A stretch of DNA of 54,796 nt, counting the filler, from Sluysia triapertura (Eukaryota): assembly GCA_046118255.1 (NCBI GenBank). It is 4 parts of 4 records of this genome, joined end to end, with 100 filler letters (N's around TTAATTAATTAA, not from the genome) between each part and the next. Parts side by side here need not be neighbours in the genome. Positions count along the whole stretch, not along the records: positions 17,919 to 28,879 come from JBJNIA010190818.1; positions 28,980 to 43,664 come from JBJNIA010252084.1; 2 more parts are not named here. One strand, written 5' to 3'. Shown in pieces: positions 26,155-38,100 of this stretch. Position 1 is the stretch's first letter; the number at the start of each line of letters is the position of its first letter. Below the pieces are notes generated by a model. That model was not told where the DNA came from. It saw nothing but the letters and a program-made list of their open reading frames with translations, and searched no databases. The position numbers and the translations under genes were made by a program.

Positions 26155-27721
26155 ATGTCTTCTGTGGATAAAATCATTTTACAAAAAACATGAACGAAAA
26201 TATGTCGATGCTTCTAGTTCTACTTCTATTTCTAGCAATCCATTTGTTTCATCAAGAATGGTAATTGTGCCTGATGTGGAAGATCACTCATTTACTCATG
26301 AATACACTGAGTACGATATTGAAATAGTTGTTAAAGGAAATTATGATTCAAAACGCTTGACAAAATTAGTAAACTCCAGTAGTGACAAGATGTATTCATT
26401 TAACAATATCTACATGATTGAAAACGATAATAACAATTACGATCAATGCGATGATAAAGACAAGCCTGATTTTTCACTTGAACTCGAAAGTGATTTTTTT
26501 TAGATAAATTAATTAACTGTCAAGGACTTCATGAAAGTAAATATGAAAATATCATACCTATTATTGGTTCTGAAATTAACAAGCAGATTCATTTAGTGAA
26601 AAATATAGAGTCGTATCATTATGAAGCTGGATGTAAACACACAGAAGAACGTAATGTTCTTAATGATGAATTTCTACTCCATCTCTCACGTGACAAACTA
26701 ATATTTAATTTAGTAAAAAAAATGAAAACAGATTCCTGTATTACAGTGACTTGAAATATATATTTCCTACTATCCTAGATGTCGTTGAATTTCATAGCAA
26801 ACAGCAGCATATTTTGTCATCAAAGTCAGATGTAGAAATATATCATCAAACTGATAAGAATTGTATCGTTATTGCTACTAAGTAAGCTACCTGAATCTAA
26901 ATACCGAAAAACAATTACATCAGACCGATTTCATAGAAGTTGCAATGAAATAATTATGAAAGGCTCACATGTATTGCCAAGTCCCTTATGTAGTATGAAC
27001 AAAATTTTAAATGACCTAATTCTTAATGATGATAAAGCATTTTTTAAACCTGTCAAAACAAGTATTAAATTCTTAGTTAAAAAATTCTTGAATTCAAAAA
27101 ATCGATCTTACACTATTCCTACTTATCATTTACAATTGACCGATTCTAAAGATGTATCCGAACGAGATACACCGTTGTGCATCATATAATGAAATTGTAT
27201 GCTTAGAAAACTTTCCCGAATTAGTAACAATATACTATATATGTGATCTAATATCTCAAATAGACCATGATAAAGCTGTTATTAATCGTGCTGTGTCATT
27301 TTTATCATCTAAGCCCATATGGCATATGATTTTACGTAAACAATTAATATTTAAATCAATACAGATTATATCGCCTACAACATTAAAGGAAAAACATATC
27401 GAGTTGATGTTATCATTGTTGAATAATGCTATATGTTTTCAAGCATACGTTAAAGATCAATTTCATTTTATATCTGGTAGTAACGTTATTTTATCCAACC
27501 AAAAATGTATGGGACAATGCCCACCAGAGTTAGATGCATTTGGATTATGCATAAACTTTGACACATGCTGCCAGTATTACCACGACATCTACCAAATGAA
27601 CTGCAGTAAACGAGAAATAGACGAACGCAAACAAAGAGTATACAATCTATTAACGTCATTACGTTCCAGAACAGTGGTTTCCAGCATTGTTTCCAGTACA
27701 AAAACACTAACTCTTATCTAG
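26155..27721 (+). pseudogene. Orphan ~520-codon gene broken by about five frameshifts
   Basis: ORFs 26258, 26872 and 27152 plus the intervening open frames (LDKLINCQGLHESKYENIIPIIGSE.., YYSDLKYIFPTILDVVEFH..) tile continuously from ATG 26155. Cys-rich C-terminus CMGQCPPELDAFGLCINFDTCC. No family recognised. Confidence 0.7.
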
Positions 27722-28023
27722 TTAGTAGTTGTAATTTCCTTCATCCTTATCATTTATATTTCAGGACTCTACAACCGAACAGATCCAGCACGTATCAAAA
27801 GTAACTCAAAATTTTTGATAATATGTGTTATAGAATTTAGTTGTTTTAGATTTAATAATAAAAGTTTATGTTTTGACTTAAATAATGTCTTAAATGATAA
27901 AGTTTAAAAAGTAAATTTATTAAATTCATTTCTTAATAAATCAATAAACTTTCCTAATTTAACATATTGTAATGTGATATTAACTAATAACTTTACAAAT
28001 ATAATTTCAAAACATTTAACTCC

Positions 28024-28120
28024 AAATTCAAAGTGGACATTTTTAAATACTAATTATACCTCTTAATTTCGTCGTTTTTGATATATAATTTTTATTTGTG
28101 TTTATTTTTGGGACAGTCAG
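28024..28120 (+). mobile_element. Right end and TIR of the Tc1/mariner element that begins at 24528
   Basis: ttcaaagtggacattttt..aaatactaattatacc..gtcgtttttgatatataatttttattt..ttttgggaca is colinear with 38422-38535. Confidence 0.8.
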
Positions 28121-28879
28121 CCATTTAAGGCGAAGAATATAGCAGATGCAATAGACAGTTTAATGTTATTTTATATTAGTCAAATAATTATTAATTAATT
28201 TTACGTAGCATTAATATATAAAACTTTACACAAATATATATAAACTAAGAGCATCACAATTAAAATATAATCAAGTTTGAACGAAACAGTAACTAAATTT
28301 AATTCTTCAAAAAAATCGAATCTAATGCAAGGCATTCCACACAATGTCGTTAGAAATAAAATATTCAATTGTAATTGGTTCACTTTATCAATTATTTATT
28401 TGTTGTTGGAAAATTAGAAGTGAAATTTCTCGTAAGTAGAAATTTTCTAATTACACTTGTCCCATTAAACTATTATCGATAAACTGTATGCAATCAATAC
28501 ACACCTAAATCCTTTGACTTTACTTATCTGAAAACTAAATGTCAAACACACACACAATCTAATATTCTAATTATAATTGATGTGACTAATTAATTTCACA
28601 TTATACATTTCTTTCTATTAATTTAATCTACAAGTTGAAATAATGTAAATGTCATACGGTGTAAATTATATATATAAATTATATACACCTTTTTGATAAT
28701 TCATAAGATTAAAGGAATTATTACATGGCAATTTTAACATGAAATGAATAATAATTATTGTAAAAAATAATATTTTAATTAAATTTTTTTAATTATGTGA
28801 TATTTGTATAAAAAATAAAGCAATAAAAGAATTAATAATAATAATAATAATAAATACTATTTGAAATTTAAATAAAAAG

Positions 28880-28979
28880 NNNNNNNNNNNNNNNNNNNNN
28901 NNNNNNNNNNNNNNNNNNNNNNNTTAATTAATTAANNNNNNNNNNNNNNNNNNNNNNNNNNNNNNNNNNNNNNNNNNNN
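28880..28979. other. Assembly spacer N44-TTAATTAATTAA-N44
   Basis: Identical to the other two spacers. Confidence 0.95.
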
Positions 28980-29094
28980 CACCAATATCCATTTTTCTTG
29001 ATACATGATATACTAGGTAGTATCTAAAATCCCCAGTGTAATTTGCTTCTTTAACTATAACAAAATTAAGACAAAATTTAATATTTTGTTACCT

Positions 29095-29210
29095 TCTTTA
29101 ACTTCTTCTTTAACTTGGATTTTTGCTTTTAACTTTTCAATAGTATCACTTAATCTAACTTCAAAAGTTTTATAAACTAATATCTTGAGAGAAGTCAAAG
29201 TTTGCATGTA
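29095..29210 (-). pseudogene. Ubiquitin-like fragment
   Basis: KTFEVRLSDTIEKLKAKIQVKEE resembles ubiquitin [24 protein letters not shown]; no LRGG end visible. Confidence 0.6.
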
Positions 29211-30314
29211 ACCATTAACGGTAAATTGATTCCTATTCAAATGTCTTGGTTTCATCGAAGTTAATTAAAACTTTTTAAAAATTATTGATTGATAAATATT
29301 TATATTTTATTAATAAATTTATCTTAAAGAATAATAATATACACGAGCAGTAAATCAACATTTATAAACTACTGAGTAAAAATTTGTAGACAGCATTGTG
29401 ATAAAATAAAACGATATAAATAAATAAATTGCGATGATTATGTGTGGACTGAAAATGTTAAAACTGTACAAATGGAAGAATAAAAATTAAATTAAATATT
29501 AATCAGTAATAATCAACACAATTTTGACACCATTTATAAAATAAAATCGCTCTATGGGGTTATTTGGCTTTATAAATAGAATTCAATTCAAAACAACTTC
29601 ATCTAATCGCTTTTATTTAAACTGTTTTTTAAATAGTTATAGAAAGTTAATTTTCTAAACCAGCGTTTCTCAAATGCATTTTAAACAATAAGGTTCCTTG
29701 TGGGATTTGTTTGTTAAGACAACATATCACCAATTATAATTTATCAATTATAGAAAATTTCAAATATACTAAATATATTAACTACACATCTATTATATAA
29801 TATCGCAAGTTATATTCAATATGATTAAGTGAACATACTACTAAAAGTTAATGAAAATTAAAAAAAAGTTGTATATATTTAATCTGAATAATGATGATAA
29901 TAAAGATAAAGGACAAGAAAAGAAGAACAATTAACGATAATGATAACAATAGTTTATTTACAATATTTACATATATAAAGTCAGAGATATTTATAATAAA
30001 AATTTGTAAAAATTATTGTTAAAGTTATTATAGAAGTTATTACGAAAGCTATTATTTGTCGAATGTTTTGTAAGGATAAAATCTACAACTTTAATTCGAA
30101 TTTTAGAAAGATATTAATCGTAATAATAATAATAGTTCATGATGGTTAAATGAGATGATAACGTTTATTTTTTGAATGAGTTTAATAGTTCGTTTAGTAA
30201 TTTGTGTATGTGTGTATCGTTTTTAAGTGATAGATTGTGTTGAATTTTATGAGATGACTTATAGTGAATGTTGTGTGATGAATTGTGATTGATACCGAAT
30301 GACGAGTTCCCTAC

Positions 30315-30315
<1 letters not shown>

Positions 30316-30353
<38 letters not shown>
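30316..30353. repeat. (AAT)n microsatellite
   Basis: About 12 perfect units. Confidence 0.9.
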
Positions 30354-31945
30354 GTTTTAATTTCCAAATTACATTGCCTTCTAAGTTACAAATTGTTAAT
30401 AAAAATGTATTATGATAAATTAAATTAATAATACAGCCGTTATGAAACTTTATAAGTTTAGAAGAAGATGGTCAAACAGATAAATATTGTAAACATTTAA
30501 TTGTTATGTTATTATGAGTTGTAAGAATTTGAATGCGCTTGAATGAACTCTTAGTCTTTGGTAATAGTCTAAACTTTAATATTGTTGTCACTTTATATTA
30601 CTAATTAAATTTATCTGAAAGTACAATCTTTTATTAATGTAAATTTACTCTATTAACATATTCTGCAAGTAATATTTGGATATGCTCAAACGAACTTTAT
30701 ATGTATCAGGTAATAGCTCGCTCTATCTTGTAGTTAACTTTTTATATACTTTAAACTCTGAGCAATGTAAATCAAAAGATTCAAAGGCTAAATCTTTATT
30801 GATATAAACTTCTATATCAATAAACTCTGTATCAATATATTGATTCTAATTTATCTGAAGATGTGATCTATTATCATTGTAAACTTCTTCTACTGATATC
30901 GGTATTCTATATTTTATATTTATCTTATCTGGATTCGAATACTTGTATAATATCTTAATTTCTTCATATTACTCTGTTTTTAGAAAATATTGCGTTTTAA
31001 CCGATTCGTTTCAAACAAACATCATATATATACATTAATTAATATAAATAAATAATTATTATTACAGTAAATATATGATTCATTCATCTAAGGTTTTGAG
31101 CGCCCCGGGCAAAATAAAATTTGGCGCCCTTTCATACAATAACATACAAATTTACTGCGAGTTAAAAAAATAGTAAACAAAGGCAAAAAAATCAAACTTA
31201 CACAATAAAGAAGTGTGTAAAAAATTTATTTATTTAAAAAATAATACAATAGTTATTTACTTACAAGCATTACAACACATATGGAATAACATAACGAGCG
31301 CGTTTGAAGTTTGAGCGAGAACTTTGAAAAGTAAGTTATGCTATTCCTATGTGACATACAATATTTTTTGTAATGCTATTTGTCAAAAATTCAATAACAT
31401 AGTTAATTAAATTAATTTTTTTGAAAATCAGTTTGTAAACAGTTTACAATATGAAAATAATTAGCGTTGTGACCTTTATTTGGTATTATTAAAGAAAAAA
31501 AATTATTGCTTTCTAAAAAATCGATGTCTCATGAAAAATGATCGATTTTAATTTATAAAACCTAAAAGTATAATGAATGTAAAAAAATATTTTATTTTTA
31601 TATCGGCGCCCGGCTTGTTCGCCCATTTATTCGACGTTGGATTCACATAGTCCAGTTTTAGATTTATTTTTCTCGGCAATTTGGATTGTCCAATATCTGT
31701 ATTACGATTTGATATATTTCGATACCATATTTTTCATGATGGATTGATGGTATTGTTCGTTAAGTTGATCCACAAAATCTGATATTTGTATCAGTAAATA
31801 AAGAAATAATCGAACCTGGAATGTAACGGTAGCCTGTATTGCACAAAAACGAATATATTTGGCTAATGTAAAGTCAAAATTTCATGCCTAATATGCTTTA
31901 ATAAGTATTTATTTATACTCTTTTACTAAAAAATTAACTTTTAAT

Positions 31946-32292
31946 TTGATGGGAGACCAAGTTGGTGTTATTCATTCCGAAATTTTGCCAAGAAACTTAT
32001 CAATCAATGCCGAACTTTATTGTGAACAACTCAAACGAGGAAACACTGTAATCAAAAAGAAGAGGACCAATAAGAAGCAGATAATTTTAATGTTTTGCCT
32101 CATGTCGCCACATGCGAAAGTTGGCTATTGAAGACTTAACTCCATGTCGAACCATCTTTCTGATCTCACATTTGAAAACGAAGAAGCAATAACAACGTGG
32201 ATTGAAGAATTTTTCGACCAAAAATCACCAAGCTTCTTCAAACGTTGGATTGACAAACTGCCAGAAATGTGGAAGGAAGGCGGAAAATATTA
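31946..32292 (+). mobile_element. Mariner transposase C-terminal fragment
   Basis: GVIHSEILPRNLSINAELYCEQLKR; FENEEAITTWIEEFFDQKSPSFFKRWIDKLPEMW..GGKY. Confidence 0.85.
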
Positions 32293-32599
32293 CTGTTTCA
32301 ACCAATGACACTTGAAGGATATTCTCATTAGTCAACCATGTAAGACTAGATTTTTTAGTGCCAATATGCACTCTTGATTCACTTTTGTTAATATTTGATC
32401 TTTCATTTCGAGAGTAAGTTTACAACCTCGGTTATACTATTGAAATTACTGCTTGAATCTTTGTATCTTTTTATCGGAGAATGTTTAGTTACATTAATAG
32501 ATGTTATTATGGAATAAGTCGGTTGATTTTAATTTAAATTCTTTATTACATAATTTATTTAATAAGTGATTGCAAAGATTACTTAATTGATTGAAAAAC

Positions 32600-33058
32600 C
32601 CTATGTATTCATGCGGTTTTATTTGTTGCAAAGAAAACACACCAACTTCTTGTTTTAACTTATTTGAGTCATATTCATTCCGCTGAATTATCTATTTAAA
32701 TCATTTTAGACTAACTTTCACTTTCATTAAAATGGAATGTCAGGTAGATACAAATGAACATTTCCGGCATCTCTACTCTTTTTCTATTTTAATCAACATT
32801 TAAACGCTGCAGAAGCCACAAGAATGATTTGTTGCGTTTGTGGAGAAACTGCATGAAAGTGGTTTTCGAAATTTTGATTTAAACAATGAACTTCGGTCAG
32901 GTCGACCTAATGACCGATTCAGGATGATCCGCGTCAATCGACAGGAGCACATCGATTGTGGTCACACCACTGTTTCTCGACATCTCAAGAAAATAGGAAA
33001 AGTTCAAAGGCTTCGATCACAATTGTAAAAAATCGCACGAACATATGCACCAACCCAA
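32600..33058 (+). mobile_element. Internally deleted mariner element
   Basis: MECQVDTNEHFRHL.., FDLNNELRSGRP, TTVSRHLKKIGKVQR; right TIR aaaatcgcacgaacatatgcaccaacccaa followed by TA; same family as 34727-35120. Confidence 0.8.
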
Positions 33059-34419
33059 TATAAAAAATATATAACTCGTGTTTTAAGTTTAGATATCATG
33101 GTATTATTACAATGTCTGGTTATTGTAGAAACTAATTTATTTATTTTTAAGAATTTATATCATTTTAAGATTGATACTAAATAATTGGTAATAAACATAT
33201 CAGCAGTGCAATATTTATCATTTTAGTAATGAGACAATTTTGTTTAAATTCTACAATTTATATAATTGGAAATATTTTCTCCAATTTGATTGGATACCAA
33301 TAATGTCATTAATGATGGAAACTATGAAAGATAAATTTTTAATACAGCAATTTTAAAATTTACATATATATGTATATAAAATGTATATATATTCCCGATA
33401 ATAAATATGGCTTTTAACTGTTATAGATCGCTGATATTCATAAAAGAAATATCGAAATGAATAAAGCAATTATAAAACGGTTAGTTTATTACTGTTTTCA
33501 TTGTGATAATTTAATAATTGAATCTCAGGACATGGATTATAGTATTAACTTAAATTACTATAATCAAAGAAAAGTACAAATTCAATGTATGTTAAAAGTA
33601 CATGGTCGAGTGATAAGACATTATAATTGGTTGTTGCTGTTGTTGTTAAATAGTCACATGTCGTGTTTAGTCTTTGTTAATGATGATTAGTAATGATAAG
33701 ACATATTTAAATCGATAAAAATGAGAAAAATTAAATCTATTTTTATTAATTCAGAACATTATTGTTGCCAATTGAATATTTAACATCCAAGGACGTTTCT
33801 TTAACTAGTTCCATTCTCGATATATTCAATTTCCATCATCAAGAATGGAAAAAGAATCGGCAATTAACTGTTAGTTTTTAATGAGATGTTTGAAATTATG
33901 CTTTTTTCTAATAAAAACTGTGGTTTATAAATTAGAATTAAAAAAAGGAATAAAGAGACAATACATCAAGAAATAAAGAAAGAAAATTTTATATTGTATT
34001 TTATTTCTAGGATATCGTACGTATATCAAATCTTTAATAAATTCTTTATCAATAACAAATGGAACTCTGAATTAATCCAATAATGATTAATAATTATTTC
34101 CTTTTCTAATAATGTGAAAAACACTTCGATATTATATTCCTTCGGAATAAGCTTTCGATACGTTTAATTAAAGTTATAATTTTTCCATGTAATACGTCTT
34201 AATTTTGTTCTAAAAAATGAAACTATACTTATATCCGTCTTTAAACTTTTGTGATGTGCAGCAGCTCTTTTCTTCCTTATTTTTCATTTATTAGTTTTTT
34301 GAAATAATTTTTTCTATTTATTTATTTTTATTAATAAAAAAACAGCTAAACTTATTGTTCATTCATTGATAACTAACAACATAGATTTTAACAATGGTTT
34401 ATTGTACTGCATTTCATAA

Positions 34420-34726
34420 GGAAAAGTGAAGAAATTACAATTAATAATTAATCAAGCATCAAGACTAATTCTCCAAGCTTGAAGAAGATCTTATATAACA
34501 CCTTATCTTATTACATTTGTCAATAAAAACAAGAATAGAATATATTTTAGAAATATTAAAAAATTTGAAAACCAAGATGAATATTTCATTGAGACAATAA
34601 TAATAATAATCTATGCAGAATCCACAGTAATAATAAGCTAGATGATAGGTTACCAGAGAATGTAAAATTACTGGAAGATTATGAAATATTTAAGAAAAAG
34701 GCAATGTTCTTTCTGTTAAAGAAATA
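34420..34726 (+). mobile_element. LINE 3' fragment, interrupted by the mariner MITE and resuming at 35121
   Basis: KKLQLIINQASRLILQA; DRLPENVKLLEDYEIFKKKAMFFLLKK; matches window positions 1-150. Confidence 0.65.
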
Positions 34727-35120
34727 TTAGGTTGGTGCATAAATTCGTGCGGTTTTATTTGTTGCGTTTATGGAGATAAGGCAGTCAGTGAAAAGTGGTT
34801 TTCGAAATTTAACAGTGGAAATTTTGATTTAAACGATGCACATCAGTCAGGTCGACCTAGTGACTATGGTGAAGACTGATTGAACCAATTGATTCATGAT
34901 TTTCATCTTTTCAGCTCCATGAAAACGAAGAAGCAATAACAACGTGGAATTTTTCGATTAAAATTCACCAAACTGCTTGTGACGGAGAGAGAGACTGAGA
35001 TATTTATTTTTTCTAATGTTTTAATAAGTTCATTTTGTTATCTTGAATATTTTTATTCTTGATCAGTATATGCATTTTTCATAATTGTAAAAACCCGCAC
35101 GAACTTATGCATCAATCTAA
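34727..35120 (+). mobile_element. Mariner-derived MITE (394 bp)
   Basis: ~30-bp TIRs ttaggttggtgcataaattcgtgcggtttt / aaaacccgcacgaacttatgcatcaatctaa; TA on the left, TG on the right; transposase remnants inside. Confidence 0.9.
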
Positions 35121-35199
35121 TGTTATAGTGAATGCTTGATTTTAAGCACAATATAAATTAATATATAATAATTATTATTTTATGTGCCAATTATTTCAG

Positions 35200-38100
35200 A
35201 ATTCCAAAGATACTGATATGGAAAATATGTCAATTTATTTGAAGTTGCTGGAACTCAACTTTGACAAAAGTCCTGTTATAGACAAGGAAATCGAAATCCA
35301 TGTAATTTACTACAAGTGTGAATTGGATAAAACATTTCGGATTAGTGAAAGGCACTGTTACACATTAAATTGTGGCACCGATCTACAATTTGATTTAAGA
35401 AAAACCAAAGCATTAGTTACCAAGGTTTTTAATTGTTTGGGGAAAGGAAACAATAATAATGATAATAATAAATGAAAATATCATGCTGTTGATTAATTGT
35501 TAACTTATTCAAATATCCCTTTCGATTGATAATAAAATGACCATTTTTATTTAAAGAATTTCGTATGTTACATTTTCAATAGCTTCACACTAAAAAAACT
35601 AAAATTAAAACCAACAAAAAATAAATATAAAAATCATACATCTACTTATATATTGAAGTTACACACATACTGTGAGTCATAATTATGATTAACTAATTCG
35701 CTGACAATCCTAAATTGTTTGAAGTTATTCGCTTTGCCATTTATGTTTTGAATGTTATTGTTTATCTAAGTTTTATTATTTCAAGATAAATACACATATA
35801 TTTTGTCATAAATAAGTATTTACATGTATAAAAATCAAACATATCTCGATATCCTTTTTCTTATTTGTACACACGTTTAAGCAAAAATACAAATCATGAA
35901 TTACACACAAATAAATGAATGAGTATAAAAATATTAAAAACGGGGACACAATTTTTTCTAAATTTGCAAGGGCTGACGATTCTATTTCTGTCTCAGAGAT
36001 AAGGAAATCATGTAATATTGAACAATTTGACTCTAATTGAGTTTATCTGCAACATTTCTTTCATCAGTATCTATCAATAAATTATTAGTTGGGAAATAAA
36101 CAACAAATTAATATATAAAGTAGAATTTTTGTAAAAACAATTAATTTGTAGCCTTTTTTCGAGTTTTTTGTATATATTTATGGTTGTAGCTATAAAAGGT
36201 TCTCCACAAGTTGTACGTTATAATATATATTGAAAGTATCACGAGTATATTCGTGGTTAAATGAAAAATGATCCAAACATAATGACAAACATCACAATTG
36301 ATGAACATGTTTCATTAAATACTTGTTCGTCTTAGTTTTTCATTGATAGCACATACATATCATGAAAGAATTAAACCAATCATCCATGTTCACAATGCAT
36401 AATTCTTTAAAAAATATTTGATTTTCGTCATTAATAAAATATATATTTTTGTCCGGCAAATATATTTGAATAAAACTATTGAAAATTATTTACACAAATA
36501 TTGATAATACGGCACAACCATCTAAATTACTTGTATGTGTACTTACAATGTAACCACCTTCATCCAGTGGCTGTACATCTTTAAATTCATTTTTAAGTGC
36601 AGCTCTACAAATTCGACTAATATTTACAGAACTAATTAAATTATAACAAAAGTACAATTATTTATTTGTATTTCATTATCGAATAGACCAAAACGGTTGT
36701 CAGTACTGCTAATCCTTTAATATTTCATTTGAATTTGTCTAATCGTTAATTTCCTTGTTTAATTTAATTGTTTTTTGGACGATATCGAAATCAGGTGAAA
36801 GTGCAAATGTGAAGAAAGCACAATATTTTTTAAAATCTGCCATACTTCTTCCATTGTTCATGTTCTTATTAAAATACTATTTCTGATCAAAATAATTGTC
36901 TCATTTGACATTTGTTGCTAACTTAACAATATATAAGATGACAATGTAACTCTTTTGTTTATGAATAATAGAGAATCAAAATAACTTTTGGGAAGTAATT
37001 GTTCAGTTTATAATAATTTTATAAATAACTAGCAATTTCTGACATGTGCAATTTTTGGCTGTGTACCAAAATAACACGCTGCTATGTTCTTTTCAATCCA
37101 AAAAGCGTTCGAAAGTTCAATATTAGCTGGAGGAGGCAATAATTATCTACTAGCACATATTGGGAAAGAAGCATTGCGAAGAAAGAATAAACTTCTAGAA
37201 ACAATTATTTGGAAGCAATTGAAACTGCTCGCAATGTATTACAAGATATGTAATATAATATAATTTGTAATAAAATATTTTCATAAATAAAAAAGTTGTC
37301 TAAAGCGAAATTCATTTTAATATACATTGTATATAAAACTAATGAGACAATCATTTTTGAGCTTGAGGAAGTTTCCCGATAGTCGATATTTTGACTGTAT
37401 TTTGCAAAACTGGATGCATCGTTTTTGATACAAATATTGATTGTTTTAGTAGTTCTAACACATTTTAATATTGGTGAATCATCAAAAATTTGATATTTAT
37501 GTAAAGGTGTACATTATTTTATATTTTATATTTCATATTTTAATGATTTTTTAAATTACTAATATAAATAATTATTAAAATTTATATCATTCAAAAAATT
37601 ATTAATTTAATTATAATAAAATTAAAATTATTATTGCAATTTAAAAGACACATAAAAAGAAACTTCTATAAAGAAGTTTATTTAAACGCATCAAATTTCA
37701 AAAATGTCTTTATGACTATATAAAGACAGTCACAAATAAAGCAATCGCTATCATTAAAAATTCGACGCCATTATTATCAAACAAAGAGAGAAACAACAAG
37801 AAAATCAGTGCTCCATTTTATCGACAAGTGAATTCGTGGCATTATCCAGTTAATTATCCATTATTAATTTCTTCTTACAATTATTGTGTGATCCCCGAGT
37901 CTTCAATTAGAGGGATCATACATCTACAGCAGCAATAATTACATTTGGCAGATCGATTTTGAACACTATCTTCGAAAATTTTGAATAATTAATTAAAATT
38001 TGTAAGTTTGGTTTACATAAGTTGTTAACTTCACGTAGAGTTATAAAATATACTTAAAATACAGTGTTAAATACAGGGTGTCCCAAAAGTAACCGAACTG

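Noticed and set aside
31085-31640. GC-rich gcgccc motifs at both ends suggesting a hAT-type MITE
   Set aside because: No clear TIR or 8-bp target duplication found.
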